From Candidatus Uhrbacteria bacterium RIFCSPLOWO2_01_FULL_47_17 (GTDB lineage Bacteria; Patescibacteriota; Patescibacteriia; UBA9934; GWF2-40-263): 64,000 nt of DNA. Where the stretch lies: NCBI GenBank assembly GCA_001791305.1, contig MGEI01000005.1, forward strand, positions 44,488 to 108,487. Reading direction: 5' to 3'. Every line of letters starts with the position of its first letter. Position 1 is the first letter of the stretch. The notes below the pieces were generated by a model. The model had not been told where the DNA came from. It did not search any database and saw only the letters and a program-made list of their open reading frames with translations. Made by a program: the position numbers and the translations under genes. Positions 53,055 to 62,218 of the stretch are shown piece after piece.

Positions 53055-54038
53055 ATGTCCCGCGTCCTCACGGCCCTCCAACCTACCGGCGTTTTGCACA
53101 TCGGAAATTATTTCGGTGCGATTGAGCCGTTTTTGAAATTGCAAGATCAAGGAAATGAAAACTTTTTGTTTGCGGTTGATTATCACGCGATTACGGTTCC
53201 GCAAGATCCGGAAACGCTTCGCAAAAATTTGTTGTTCGCAACCGCTGTGTACCTCGCGGCCGGCGTTGATCCATCAAAGACAACATTATTTCAACAATCT
53301 CATGTTCAGGAACACACCGAACTCGCGTGGATTTTGAATTGTATTGCGGGCATGGGCGAGCTTGAGCGCATGACGCAATATAAAGACAAAGCGAAAGGCA
53401 AAGGAGAGTCTGTTTCCGTTGGATTATTCGCCTACCCCGTTCTCATGGCCGCCGATATCCTCCTTTACGATACGCACATCGTCCCTGTCGGCGAAGACCA
53501 AAAGCAACATGTGGAACTCGCACGCGATCTCGCAGAACGATTCAACAACCGATTCGGTTTCACCTTTGTGATTCCAAAACCGCAGATCCGAGAATCCGGC
53601 GCGCGCATCATGGGACTCGACGACCCAGAAAAGAAAATGTCGAAGTCTGCGCCGAGTGAGAAAAATTACATCAGTCTCATGGATGACGAGGCAACGGTTC
53701 TCAAAAAAATCAAAAGCGCTGTGACAGACTCGGAGGGCACCATCGTGTATCGCGAGCATCGCAAAGGCATGGCGAATTTGATGACGATTTACTCGCTCAT
53801 GAGTGGATCGAGCATGAGTGAGATTGAAAAAATCTTTGAAGGCAAAGGCTACGGCGATTTCAAAGTCGCACTTGCGGCCGAGATCACCGCGTTTCTTTCT
53901 CCTCTCCAAACAAAAATCAAATCATATTTAGAAGACGAAGATGCGCTTCGACAAGTTCTCGCATCTGGAGCCGAGAAGGCACGCGAGATTGCCGCAAAGA
54001 AAATGACGGAGGTCAGAAAAAAAATCGGGGTCGCTTAG
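53055..54038 (+). CDS. trpS: Tryptophan--tRNA ligase
   Basis: HIGNYFGA, YPVLMAADIL, VPVGEDQ and KMSKS motifs. Confidence 0.98.
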   Translation: MSRVLTALQPTGVLHIGNYFGAIEPFLKLQDQGNENFLFAVDYHAITVPQDPETLRKNLLFATAVYLAAGVDPSKTTLFQQSHVQEHTELAWILNCIAGMGELERMTQYKDKAKGKGESVSVGLFAYPVLMAADILLYDTHIVPVGEDQKQHVELARDLAERFNNRFGFTFVIPKPQIRESGARIMGLDDPEKKMSKSAPSEKNYISLMDDEATVLKKIKSAVTDSEGTIVYREHRKGMANLMTIYSLMSGSSMSEIEKIFEGKGYGDFKVALAAEITAFLSPLQTKIKSYLEDEDALRQVLASGAEKAREIAAKKMTEVRKKIGVA

Positions 54039-54066
54039 ACCCTGATTTTTTTGTTCTATTATTCTA

Positions 54067-55086
54067 TTAAATTAATTGTTCTTTGTTTTGGACGAATGTC
54101 ACGGCCTGACGAATATCTCCAACACCGATAATCCACTGTAAGATGCGGGCCATACCGAATCCGCAACCGGCGTGTGGGACTGCGCCGTTGTCGCGCACCT
54201 TATCAATGTACCAAGAAAAATCATCAATGCCTCCCCCGCGTTTTTCAAGTCGCGCAAACATTTTGGAGTTCGAGAGTCTATCAACGAGCATGCCAACTTC
54301 ATGCACGCGCGCTGCGGATCCAACAGACTCGCCAGAAATTGGCAGAATCAAATCTGAACTCTGAACGCGACCTGGGCGCTTTGGATCCGGCAACATGTTA
54401 AAAAACTTTTCCACTTCAATTTCTTTTCCAAAATTAATCATTGGATCTGGATAATGTGTAATGAACAACGGAACGTTCCCGTGTTGTTGTACCAACTTCT
54501 GTTCGCGATGACGATCAATATCGTCTCCCCACTCGATTGTCTCCCCCATCGATTTTAATTCCTCGATCGCGTCATCGTAGGTGATGCGTGGAAAAATCGA
54601 CGGACAAGATTTGAGTCGTGTGGAATGATCCGCATCAATCCCAAGACTCGTTGCGCGGTCTCCGATTGCGTGCGCAACATGCGAAACCATCCCCTCGATA
54701 TGATTCAACAATTTCTCGAACCCGCCTGCAAATTCAATTTCCAGCATCGTAAACTCCGTTAAATGGCGTGCGTCCACACCCGCCTCCGCGCGAAAACTTG
54801 GACCAACGCAGTACACGTTTTGGTACTTCGGAACAAACGCCTCGAGGTACAACTGACCTGTTTGTGCCAAATACGAATGCGACTTTGCCCCATTTGGTTC
54901 AAACCATTTGTGATCGCCCTCCACGCGCACTTCGAACAACGTATCCACGTTTTCACACGCTCCACTCGCGCGCACAATGCGTGGCGGAAATAACTCCACG
55001 AATCCCAAGTCCGAAAAATAATTTCGTGCCGCTCGAAAAACCTCTGATTCAACGCGAGATGTATCAATCTGACTTTGTGTGGTCAT
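54067..55086 (-). CDS. AsnRS/AspRS catalytic-domain paralog lacking the anticodon-binding domain (archaeal-type asparagine synthetase-like)
   Basis: GACENVDTLF, LAQTGQLYLE, motif 2 SFRAE...RHLTEF, motif 3 PHAGCGFGMAR; only 339 aa with no N-terminal OB fold. Confidence 0.8.
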   Translation of the reverse strand: MTTQSQIDTSRVESEVFRAARNYFSDLGFVELFPPRIVRASGACENVDTLFEVRVEGDHKWFEPNGAKSHSYLAQTGQLYLEAFVPKYQNVYCVGPSFRAEAGVDARHLTEFTMLEIEFAGGFEKLLNHIEGMVSHVAHAIGDRATSLGIDADHSTRLKSCPSIFPRITYDDAIEELKSMGETIEWGDDIDRHREQKLVQQHGNVPLFITHYPDPMINFGKEIEVEKFFNMLPDPKRPGRVQSSDLILPISGESVGSAARVHEVGMLVDRLSNSKMFARLEKRGGGIDDFSWYIDKVRDNGAVPHAGCGFGMARILQWIIGVGDIRQAVTFVQNKEQLI

Positions 55087-55107
55087 AGGAAGAAGGGGTT
55101 AGGGGGT

Positions 55108-55137
55108 AAAAAAATCATCCGCTTTTAACGGATGATT
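55108..55137 (-). terminator. Terminator-like hairpin in the 5' leader of the AsnRS paralog
   Basis: Minus strand AATCATCCG-TTAAAAG-CGGATGATT-TTTTT, about 20 nt before the start codon. Confidence 0.65.
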
Positions 55138-55349
55138 GAACTTATAAATTGATAACCTTTCGGCGAGCGGCCGCAGTTCTGTTTCCAATTGTGTGATTGG
55201 ATCAACATATCAAAAGAATTATAGACAATGGGAAAGCGCCGAGCAAGGTTAGGGTGTGGATAGATTGACAAGATAGCCGATTTTTGGTACGGTCAGCGCC
55301 TTCAGACACAGGGTCTGGGGGTTTTCAACACAACAGGAGTTCATTCCCC

Positions 55350-56426
55350 ATGGAACATTCACGCCGTCGTCGTGCAACCAGTCTCGAAGAGCGCGCGCAA
55401 CACCGCGCTGCGGTCGAGGCGCAAATCATTCGTGGACTTCATGCGGCGAACAAGACGCATGGGTTTGATGAAACGCATGATCCGAAAAAGCCGATCACGC
55501 ATTTCTTCCAAGAAACGCATGAGGGCCTCGTCCTCTTCGTCATCTTTTTCACGCAAGCGTGTCGCTGGATGCGCTGTGTGGGCTGCACCCTTCCCTCCAC
55601 GTCCGCGCTGCGTCACATCGACTTTGGCGACATCATGGATCAGACGCACAGCATCTTCACCGAGCCGGACGTTCTTGCGCGCGCGGATGAAATCCAAAAG
55701 GTGATCGTGAGCAATCAAGGATCTGTTCTTGATGAAGAGACGTTCCCCACAAGCGCGCTCATTCATTTCGTCGCAAAGTGCAACAAGCATCTGCCGAACA
55801 TGAGAGTGCTCACTCTCGAATCGCGTCCCGAATATGTGGACGACATCGAACTCGACATCTTGGCGCGCGCGCTCGAAGAAGGCAAAACGCTCACCACGCT
55901 CGAGATTGCCGTCGGCGTCGAAGTGTTCGACAACGACATTCGCAACCTCGTGTTTGGAAAAGGCTTGCGCCTGAAAACGCTCGATGAACTCGTCGAGCGA
56001 CTCGCGAAACACGGCTTTCGCCTGAAGTGCTACTTCATGTTCAAGCCTGTGGCGGATGCGCACATGTCACGCGAGCAAGCGATCCAAGACATCCACGAAG
56101 CCATTCGCTATCTGAGCGATCTCACCGACAGAATTCCGGGTTCGATCATCTCAATCCACCTGAACCCAACCTACGCCGCACGCGGAACTCCACTCGAAAC
56201 GGCGTTCCTGGAAAGGAAGTACACTCCCCCTCATCTCATCGATGTCGTGCGAGCCGTACGTTTCGGCGAAGATCGAGGTGTCCCGATTTTCATCGGAATG
56301 AACGACGAAGATCTCGCGGTCGAAGGCGGTTCGTTCATTCGCCCAGGCGACGAAGCCCTGCTTCCGATCCTGAACAAATTCAACAAGACACAGGACTATA
56401 CCCTGTTCAAGCATCTACCGGGCTAA
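55350..56426 (+). CDS. Radical SAM protein, RaSEA/TIGR01210-like
   Basis: CRWMRCVGC cluster motif, ESRPEYV, EIAVGVE, KCYFMFKP, LNPTYAARGT...YTPP; AGGAG RBS; TTGACA at 55265. Confidence 0.8.
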   Translation: MEHSRRRRATSLEERAQHRAAVEAQIIRGLHAANKTHGFDETHDPKKPITHFFQETHEGLVLFVIFFTQACRWMRCVGCTLPSTSALRHIDFGDIMDQTHSIFTEPDVLARADEIQKVIVSNQGSVLDEETFPTSALIHFVAKCNKHLPNMRVLTLESRPEYVDDIELDILARALEEGKTLTTLEIAVGVEVFDNDIRNLVFGKGLRLKTLDELVERLAKHGFRLKCYFMFKPVADAHMSREQAIQDIHEAIRYLSDLTDRIPGSIISIHLNPTYAARGTPLETAFLERKYTPPHLIDVVRAVRFGEDRGVPIFIGMNDEDLAVEGGSFIRPGDEALLPILNKFNKTQDYTLFKHLPG

Positions 56427-56492
56427 TCCATGCCTGGTTTTTTTATTGTCGTGAAACAAAAAATCCCGCGCGAGGCGAGATTCTTTGTGTTC

Positions 56493-56905
56493 CAAAGGAG
56501 TGATCTGTAAGCCGAATTTTGTCTAACCGATCTTACGATCGATGAGGCGATCATCTATCTTGATGTTACATTGCTGTAACACTCGTGCGAGCTACCAAAT
56601 TTGCTCTTTCACCGAAAAGGGTTTGCCACACATGCATGTCACCATGCAGCGAGATGCGTAGTCTTGCGACATCACATCACTTTTCACCTTTCACCCAGGC
56701 TTGCGCCGGAGCTAGTATAGTCTCTGTGGTACTTTCCCTAAGGTTTGTATTCGGGATCAAAGAGTGAATTGCTCCAACTCCTCGCGCTCGAATGCGTATC
56801 CTTGGTTGTCGTTAACAACTTTTCTTGTCCGCATGCATTGCTGCATACGAGGTGTTCGGACTTTCCTCCCGAGCCTTTGCCCAGGTAATCACCCGATCAT
56901 CCTTG
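56493..56905 (-). ncRNA. rnpB: RNase P RNA
   Basis: Minus strand has GAGAAAGTCCGAAC near the 5' end and GACAAAATTCGGCTTAC near the 3' end (the P4 strands), with pairing ends. Boundaries approximate. Confidence 0.9.
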
Positions 56906-57011
56906 AGAACTTGGGAATAATAGCAATATAAATACGAAATGTCAATGTATTTGATTTCCTGAATATTCCTCCCTAACCGCTCATCGCTTTTTTTGCTACA
57001 ATATCTTCATT

Positions 57012-58424
57012 ATGAAACGCTCCGAACTCGCTTTCACACTTGCCCTTGTTCCTCTTGATTATCTCGCACTCGTTGCCGCTGGCATTACGGCGTATTATTC
57101 CCGATTTCATCCCTACTTCGTGAACATTCGTCCGATTATTTTTACGCTCACGCTCCAACAATACGTCACGATTCTTTTGCCGAGTCTTTTGATTTGGATC
57201 GGCGTTTTCGCGGCAGCGGGACTGTATTCAACGCATCGCAGATCGATCGCCAAAGAGCTTTCTCGAGTTCTTCTCGCCACATCCACCTCCATGGCACTCG
57301 TGTTCTCGATCTTGTTTTTCTCCCGCACATTTTTCGATTCACGATTCATCGCGCTCGTCGCATGGTTCTTCTCGATTGTCTTCGTTTGTCTTGGTCGTCT
57401 TGTAATTCGAGGATTACAACGCTCACTGATGTCCATGGGTGTTGGCGTGATTCGTGTTGCAATCATTGGATCGAATGATACAGCAGAGACTCTCAAAAGT
57501 GTCTTCGAGAAAAAGCCGCGTTTTGGATTGCAGATCGTCGCCACATTCAAAACATTTGATGACACGGTTGCAAAAAAACTGCGCGTACTCAAAGAACAAA
57601 ATAAAATCGATGAGGTTCTCCTCGCAGATCCAGAAGCAAGCAAAGAAACAACGCTCGCTCTTATTGCTTTCACCGATGTCGAACATCTCGGATTCCGATA
57701 TTCTGCCGATCTCTTCGCCACAGCCGTCGGCCGATCGGTCATTCACATGTTCTCGGGAATCCCGGTGATCGAGGTACAAAAGACGCCACTCGATGGTTGG
57801 GGAGCGATTTACAAACGCTTGTTCGATATCATTGGTGCCCTCGTACTCATCATCCTAACGTCGCCGATCATGCTCATCACCGCGCTCGCGATCAAGCTCG
57901 ATTCGCGTGGTCCCATCTTTTTTTCTCGCCTCGACGACAACAAACGCATGATGCGCATTGGTCAAGGCGGCAAACCCTTTCCCTATTTCAAATTCAGATC
58001 CATGGTTCCCGGAACGCACAACATGCGCTATCGCGAACTGTCCGAAAAAGACACGCGCAAAGGCGCGCCGGTTGTGAAAATCGCAAATGATCCACGCATT
58101 ACGCGCGTCGGCAATTTCATTCGCAAGTTTTCGATCGATGAACTTCCAGAATTCTTTCTCGTCCTCACAGGAAAAATGAGTCTGGTTGGCCCACGCCCGC
58201 ACATGCCAGAAGAAGTCGCAAAATATAAACCGGAACATAAAAAAGTTCTCACCATCAAACCCGGCATCACCGGCCTCGCCCAAATTTCCGGCCGTGCAGA
58301 CCTCGACTTCGACGAGGAAGTTCGACTCGATACCTACTACATCGAACACTGGAGTCCGTGGTTGGATTTGTATATTTTGTTGAAGACTCCGATTGTAGTG
58401 ATTTTTCGAAAAGGGGCGTACTAA
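57012..58424 (+). CDS. Polyprenyl-phosphate sugar phosphotransferase (WcaJ/WbaP-like)
   Basis: [32 protein letters not shown] and KPGITGLAQ motifs. Confidence 0.95.
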   Translation: MKRSELAFTLALVPLDYLALVAAGITAYYSRFHPYFVNIRPIIFTLTLQQYVTILLPSLLIWIGVFAAAGLYSTHRRSIAKELSRVLLATSTSMALVFSILFFSRTFFDSRFIALVAWFFSIVFVCLGRLVIRGLQRSLMSMGVGVIRVAIIGSNDTAETLKSVFEKKPRFGLQIVATFKTFDDTVAKKLRVLKEQNKIDEVLLADPEASKETTLALIAFTDVEHLGFRYSADLFATAVGRSVIHMFSGIPVIEVQKTPLDGWGAIYKRLFDIIGALVLIILTSPIMLITALAIKLDSRGPIFFSRLDDNKRMMRIGQGGKPFPYFKFRSMVPGTHNMRYRELSEKDTRKGAPVVKIANDPRITRVGNFIRKFSIDELPEFFLVLTGKMSLVGPRPHMPEEVAKYKPEHKKVLTIKPGITGLAQISGRADLDFDEEVRLDTYYIEHWSPWLDLYILLKTPIVVIFRKGAY

Positions 58425-58586
58425 TCCACAGGCAGACTCTTGACAAAACAAAAATTTTCTGGTGAAATGTATTCACAGCTGAAGTTCGCCTTCAAGTCGG
58501 GTGTCGAAACAGATATCAGACCTCACAGCCATCAAGAGTAATCTTGATCCTGTGGGGTCTTTCTGTTTTTTTAGCCTGGGTATCAT

Positions 58587-58741
58587 GGGCGCGTGGAGGT
58601 AAAGGCAACCTCAGCTGGCTCGACACCCGCAGTTACGAGTTTTGCCTTTCAGGCAACACAACCGCACTCGCTCGGAAAACCAAAATCGAATTTTGTTTTT
58701 CCCTCGCTTCGTTTGTTGTGCGAATCTCGTCGCGTCCACCA
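58587..58741 (+). tRNA. tRNA-like gene (CGA anticodon, Ala-type acceptor) with a 79-nt insertion in the T-loop
   Basis: Acceptor GGGCGCG/CGCGTCC-A-CCA; D arm GAGG-TAAAGGCAA-CCTC; anticodon arm GCTGG-CTCGACA-CCCGC with one mismatch; T stem ACGAG/CTCGT; removing 58642-58720 gives the loop TTCGAAT. Confidence 0.7.
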
Positions 58742-58765
58742 TGGCGAGAGTCATGGGCCCGGGAT

Positions 58766-58798
58766 CAAAAAACCAACGCAAGAATTGCGTTGGTTTTT
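58766..58798. terminator. Terminator after the tRNA-like gene
   Basis: AAAAACCAACGCAA-GAA-TTGCGTTGGTTTTT. Confidence 0.75.
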
Positions 58799-58861
58799 GG
58801 TTCTTCATTTAAAAATGAATGAATTGTCAATCTTTCCTGCTTCGGGTAAAGTGCGGCTGAT

Positions 58862-59950
58862 ATGAAAATCGCGTTGGTTCATGATTACTTGGTTCAGGAT
58901 GGTGGGGCCGAAAAGGTTCTCGAGGTTCTGCAAAAAACATGGCCGGAGGCTCCGACCTTTGTTTTGTTTTTTAATGAAAAAAAGATGCCGGCGTTTAAGG
59001 GAAAAGATATTCGCACGTCATTTTTACAACGCTTCCCTCTCGCGACGAAGAAGTATCAGTGGTACATCAGCCTCATGCCAACCGCGACCGAACATTACGA
59101 TCTACGTGAATTCGATGTTGTGATTTCGTCGACGAGCGCATTTGCAAAAGGAATCATTACACGCCCAGGCGCGATTCATATTTGTTATTGCCACACACCG
59201 ACACGCTATTTGTGGACCGACACGCAAAGTTACATTCGCGAATTGCGCGTGCCGAACTTTGTGAAAGCAATGCTGCCGCCCGTCCTCTCGAAACTCCGCA
59301 TGTGGGATGAACTCGCCGCGCACCGTGTGGATCATTTTGTAGCGAACTCACAAACCGTTTCCGATCGGATCAAAAAATATTATCGCCGCGATTCCGAGGT
59401 GATTTATCCGCCGGTTGCAACGAACAACTTTCACATTTCGCCAAAACCAAAAACGTATTTTCTCACCGGCGGTCGATTAGTCGCATACAAACGTTTCGAC
59501 ATGGTCGTGGACGCGTGTAACAAAACAGGTATCACACTCAAAATTTTTGGATCGGGCCCGGTCGAGAAAGAACTTCGTAAGCGTGCGAAGTCGAATATCG
59601 AATTTCTCGGTCGTGTTTCCGAAAAAGAACAACGCGAACTCTACGCAAACGCAAAAGCGTTTATTCATCCGCAAGAAGAAGACTTTGGAATCACACCTGT
59701 CGAGGCGATGGCGAGCGGAACTCCCGTGATTGCGTATCGCAAGGGCGGCGCGGTCGAGACGGTTGTCGAGGGACTGAGCGGAGAGTTTTTCGATGAACAA
59801 TCGTGGGAGGAACTCGCGGATCATTTGATCCGATTCGATGCATCGAAGTACGATGCACACAAAATCAAAGCGCATGCGGAGAAGTTTAATGAGGAAAAGT
59901 TTGTGGAGAAGATGAGGGAAATTACAAAACGTTATGCGGATTCTCGTTGA
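58862..59950 (+). CDS. Glycosyltransferase family 4
   Basis: MKIALVHDYL..GGAE, EDFGITPVEAMASGTPVIA. Confidence 0.94.
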   Translation: MKIALVHDYLVQDGGAEKVLEVLQKTWPEAPTFVLFFNEKKMPAFKGKDIRTSFLQRFPLATKKYQWYISLMPTATEHYDLREFDVVISSTSAFAKGIITRPGAIHICYCHTPTRYLWTDTQSYIRELRVPNFVKAMLPPVLSKLRMWDELAAHRVDHFVANSQTVSDRIKKYYRRDSEVIYPPVATNNFHISPKPKTYFLTGGRLVAYKRFDMVVDACNKTGITLKIFGSGPVEKELRKRAKSNIEFLGRVSEKEQRELYANAKAFIHPQEEDFGITPVEAMASGTPVIAYRKGGAVETVVEGLSGEFFDEQSWEELADHLIRFDASKYDAHKIKAHAEKFNEEKFVEKMREITKRYADSR

Positions 59951-61133
59951 TTGCAGACATTTGAATACAACAGAACAAAGCGGCGTCGGAGAGTACACCA
60001 TTCAACTCCTCGGCGCGCTTTTTGAATTACAATCTTCGGCGGCGTCTGGGGACACCACCCATAACAGAGAACATGAATATGTCTTGCTCACGACGGGACG
60101 AGAGACACCGGAACTGCTTGCGATCTTTCGCGCGCGCACTTCCCCGTCGTTTGTGTTTCCATCGTTTGTAAAACATACGCACGTTCCCATCGCAAACAAA
60201 TTTTTGAATGTGAAATTGCTTTTGATGAAACAACCCACACTCAACTGGCTCGTTAAAGATGAAATTGATCTCGTGTTTCTTCCGAACATAAACATCACGG
60301 TCCTTCCAACAACCATTCCAACCGTGCTTACGGTTCATGATGTCTCGTGGAAATTTTTTCCGGAATTTTTCTCACACAAAATGCGTGCGTGGCATCATCT
60401 TCTCGACGCACACAAACTCATCGGCCGCGCGCATGCGATCATCACACCATCGACAACGACAAAGAACGATGTCGCGCGTGTCTTTCACAAATCCCCAGAC
60501 GAGATCACAACCATTCCGCACGGTGTCGCTTCGAACTTTCATCCAAAAATGGAAGCACACGACCACGGCGTTCGTTCGAAACTCAAACTTCCAAGACGCT
60601 ACGCTCTATTCGTAGGAACGATCGAACCGCGAAAAAATGTTTTGTCGATCATTGAAGGAATGAAACGTTATCGCGAAATGACACACGACGATCTTCACCT
60701 CGTCCTCGTCGGTAAGTGGGGTTGGAAATCGCACAGCATTCGCCGCAGACTTTGGAAGCGAGACACGCAAGGTTGGGTGCATAATCTCGAGTACATCAAT
60801 CCGCGCGATCTGCCGGCCGTTTACCGATCGGCCAGCGTTTTCCTCTGGCCATCATTCTATGAAGGCTTCGGATTACCGATCCTTGAAGCAATGGCGTGTG
60901 GAGTTCCTGTAATCACGAGTAACATCTCGAGTATGCCGGAAGTGACGGGCACAAGCGCACTCCACGTCGATCCATTTAACATCCAAGACATCGCCGACGC
61001 CTTAAAAGGCGTCATTCCGCTCCAACCCCTCCATGAACAGCTCAAAAAAGGCGGCCTCGAGCGCGCAGCGGAGTTCACTTGGGAAAAGGCGGCGGAACAG
61101 ACGCTTGAAGTATTTAAGAAATCCACCAATTAA
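59934..61133 (+). CDS. Glycosyltransferase family 4
   Basis: GTIEPRKN, YEGFGLPILEAMACGVPVI. Confidence 0.94.
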   Translation: MRILVDCRHLNTTEQSGVGEYTIQLLGALFELQSSAASGDTTHNREHEYVLLTTGRETPELLAIFRARTSPSFVFPSFVKHTHVPIANKFLNVKLLLMKQPTLNWLVKDEIDLVFLPNINITVLPTTIPTVLTVHDVSWKFFPEFFSHKMRAWHHLLDAHKLIGRAHAIITPSTTTKNDVARVFHKSPDEITTIPHGVASNFHPKMEAHDHGVRSKLKLPRRYALFVGTIEPRKNVLSIIEGMKRYREMTHDDLHLVLVGKWGWKSHSIRRRLWKRDTQGWVHNLEYINPRDLPAVYRSASVFLWPSFYEGFGLPILEAMACGVPVITSNISSMPEVTGTSALHVDPFNIQDIADALKGVIPLQPLHEQLKKGGLERAAEFTWEKAAEQTLEVFKKSTN

Positions 61134-61291
61134 TTGGTGGATTTCTTAACATTCTCGATCAATTCATGCTCATACATCTTCTTCAAAGCATGTAACACAA
61201 CAGCGACTCTATTTTCAAAACGACCAGATTCCACCATAGAGTCGATAAAGGCTTCAAGTTGTGGAGTGAGTGAAATGGAAAGTGTGGACAT
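61130..61291 (-). CDS. Small ribbon-helix-helix protein (ParD/CopG antitoxin-like), 53 aa, not in the ORF track
   Basis: MSTLSISLTPQLEAFIDSMVESGRFENRVAVVLHALKKMYEHELIENVKKSTN. Confidence 0.7.
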   Translation of the reverse strand: MSTLSISLTPQLEAFIDSMVESGRFENRVAVVLHALKKMYEHELIENVKKSTN

Positions 61292-61431
61292 ATAAGTTAG
61301 TTTAACATGAAATTATCGTATTTTTCTAGAGTGTTCGTTAGCTATCCATCTTCCTTCCTTTTCAACCCTTTCCGCCCTCTCCGCCATTTCCACATTTTCG
61401 CTAAAATGAGTAAATTTACTGCGCTCCACTC

Positions 61432-61460
61432 TTGACAAAATCCCAAAAAAGTGGTATAGT
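61432..61460 (+). promoter_or_regulatory. Strong sigma70 promoter for the downstream gene array
   Basis: TTGACA-N17-TATAGT with an extended -10 TG. Confidence 0.75.
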
Positions 61461-61635
61461 GAGGAGGTTAAAAGTCAAAAAGTCGCTGTGTCCTTCACAA
61501 CCTAATGGGGAGAGAGCTGTGCTATCCAGTCCCACTCGAAGATAGCAAGGAAAGTAGTTAGAAGTTCGTAGTTAGGTCGGAAAAGGTTCCGAAAACCCTA
61601 ACTTCAAACTACCAACTACCAACTTCTACTTTTCC

Positions 61636-61684
61636 AAAACCGATGTTTGAGTATTTCTCGTGAAGTATTTGAACATCGGTTTTT
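61636..61684 (+). terminator. Leader terminator/attenuator hairpin
   Basis: AAAACCGATGTTTGAGTATTTC-TCGT-GAAGTATTTGAACATCGGTTTTT; about 22-bp stem with G:U pairs and a U tail. Confidence 0.65.
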
Positions 61685-61738
61685 CTGTTAACAGGTCGAA
61701 TAACAAAGCTGCACAAAGTGCGGTGAGGAAAAAATCAA

Positions 61739-62032
61739 ATGGGTTGGATCATTTTCATTGTGGTTGCATTCATGGTTTCCACTGTGATTGCGAATCTTGT
61801 CTCAGAGAATATCAAAAGCCAAGCGGCGGATCTGACGTGGAAGGGTATCCCGCGGAGGACGACGGAACATCAGGCGGTCATCGCATTCGTCTGGACGTCG
61901 ATCGTCGCCTTTTCGATCTTGATGGGCGTGGGCTACATGTTCACGCATATCGAGTCCGTTGGAGAGTCAACGACCTACCTTAGCTACGACGAGCAGGTCA
62001 ATGACGGACACGTCATCTACACCGGCAATTAA
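61739..62032 (+). CDS. Array gene 1: small two-TM hypothetical protein
   Basis: GAGG RBS; two hydrophobic helices. Confidence 0.65.
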   Translation: MGWIIFIVVAFMVSTVIANLVSENIKSQAADLTWKGIPRRTTEHQAVIAFVWTSIVAFSILMGVGYMFTHIESVGESTTYLSYDEQVNDGHVIYTGN

Positions 62033-62039
62033 TTTTTCC

Positions 62040-62129
62040 CTCTCACTTAGCTTGCGCAGCGAATGAGAGACTCGCTCTTTGACACATTCTCGACCTGCCC
62101 GCAGCTGCTTCACAGCTGCGGGACTCGAC
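62040..62129 (+). repeat. Structured intergenic element, copy A
   Basis: CTCTCA..TGAGAG hairpin, CGCTCTTTGACACA, CCCGCAGCTG-CTTCA-CAGCTGCGGG, ACTCGAC. Confidence 0.9.
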
Positions 62130-62218
62130 ACCGCCCGTCATTTGCGAATGTCGCACATGGTGGTCGGTCTGAGGAAGCACACACGCTCGGCGAATTCGCG
62201 GAGCAAGAGGAAATTGAA

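Noticed and set aside
54067-55086. EpmA (EF-P lysyl ligase) or a canonical asnS
   Set aside because: Motifs are AsnRS-like rather than LysRS-like, and the anticodon-binding domain is missing.
58478-58741. tmRNA, 6S RNA or SRP RNA
   Set aside because: G3:U70 suggests tmRNA, but a D stem and a compact anticodon arm are present with no tag-coding region. There is no SRP GGAA domain-IV motif, and the cloverleaf explains the region better than a 6S rod.
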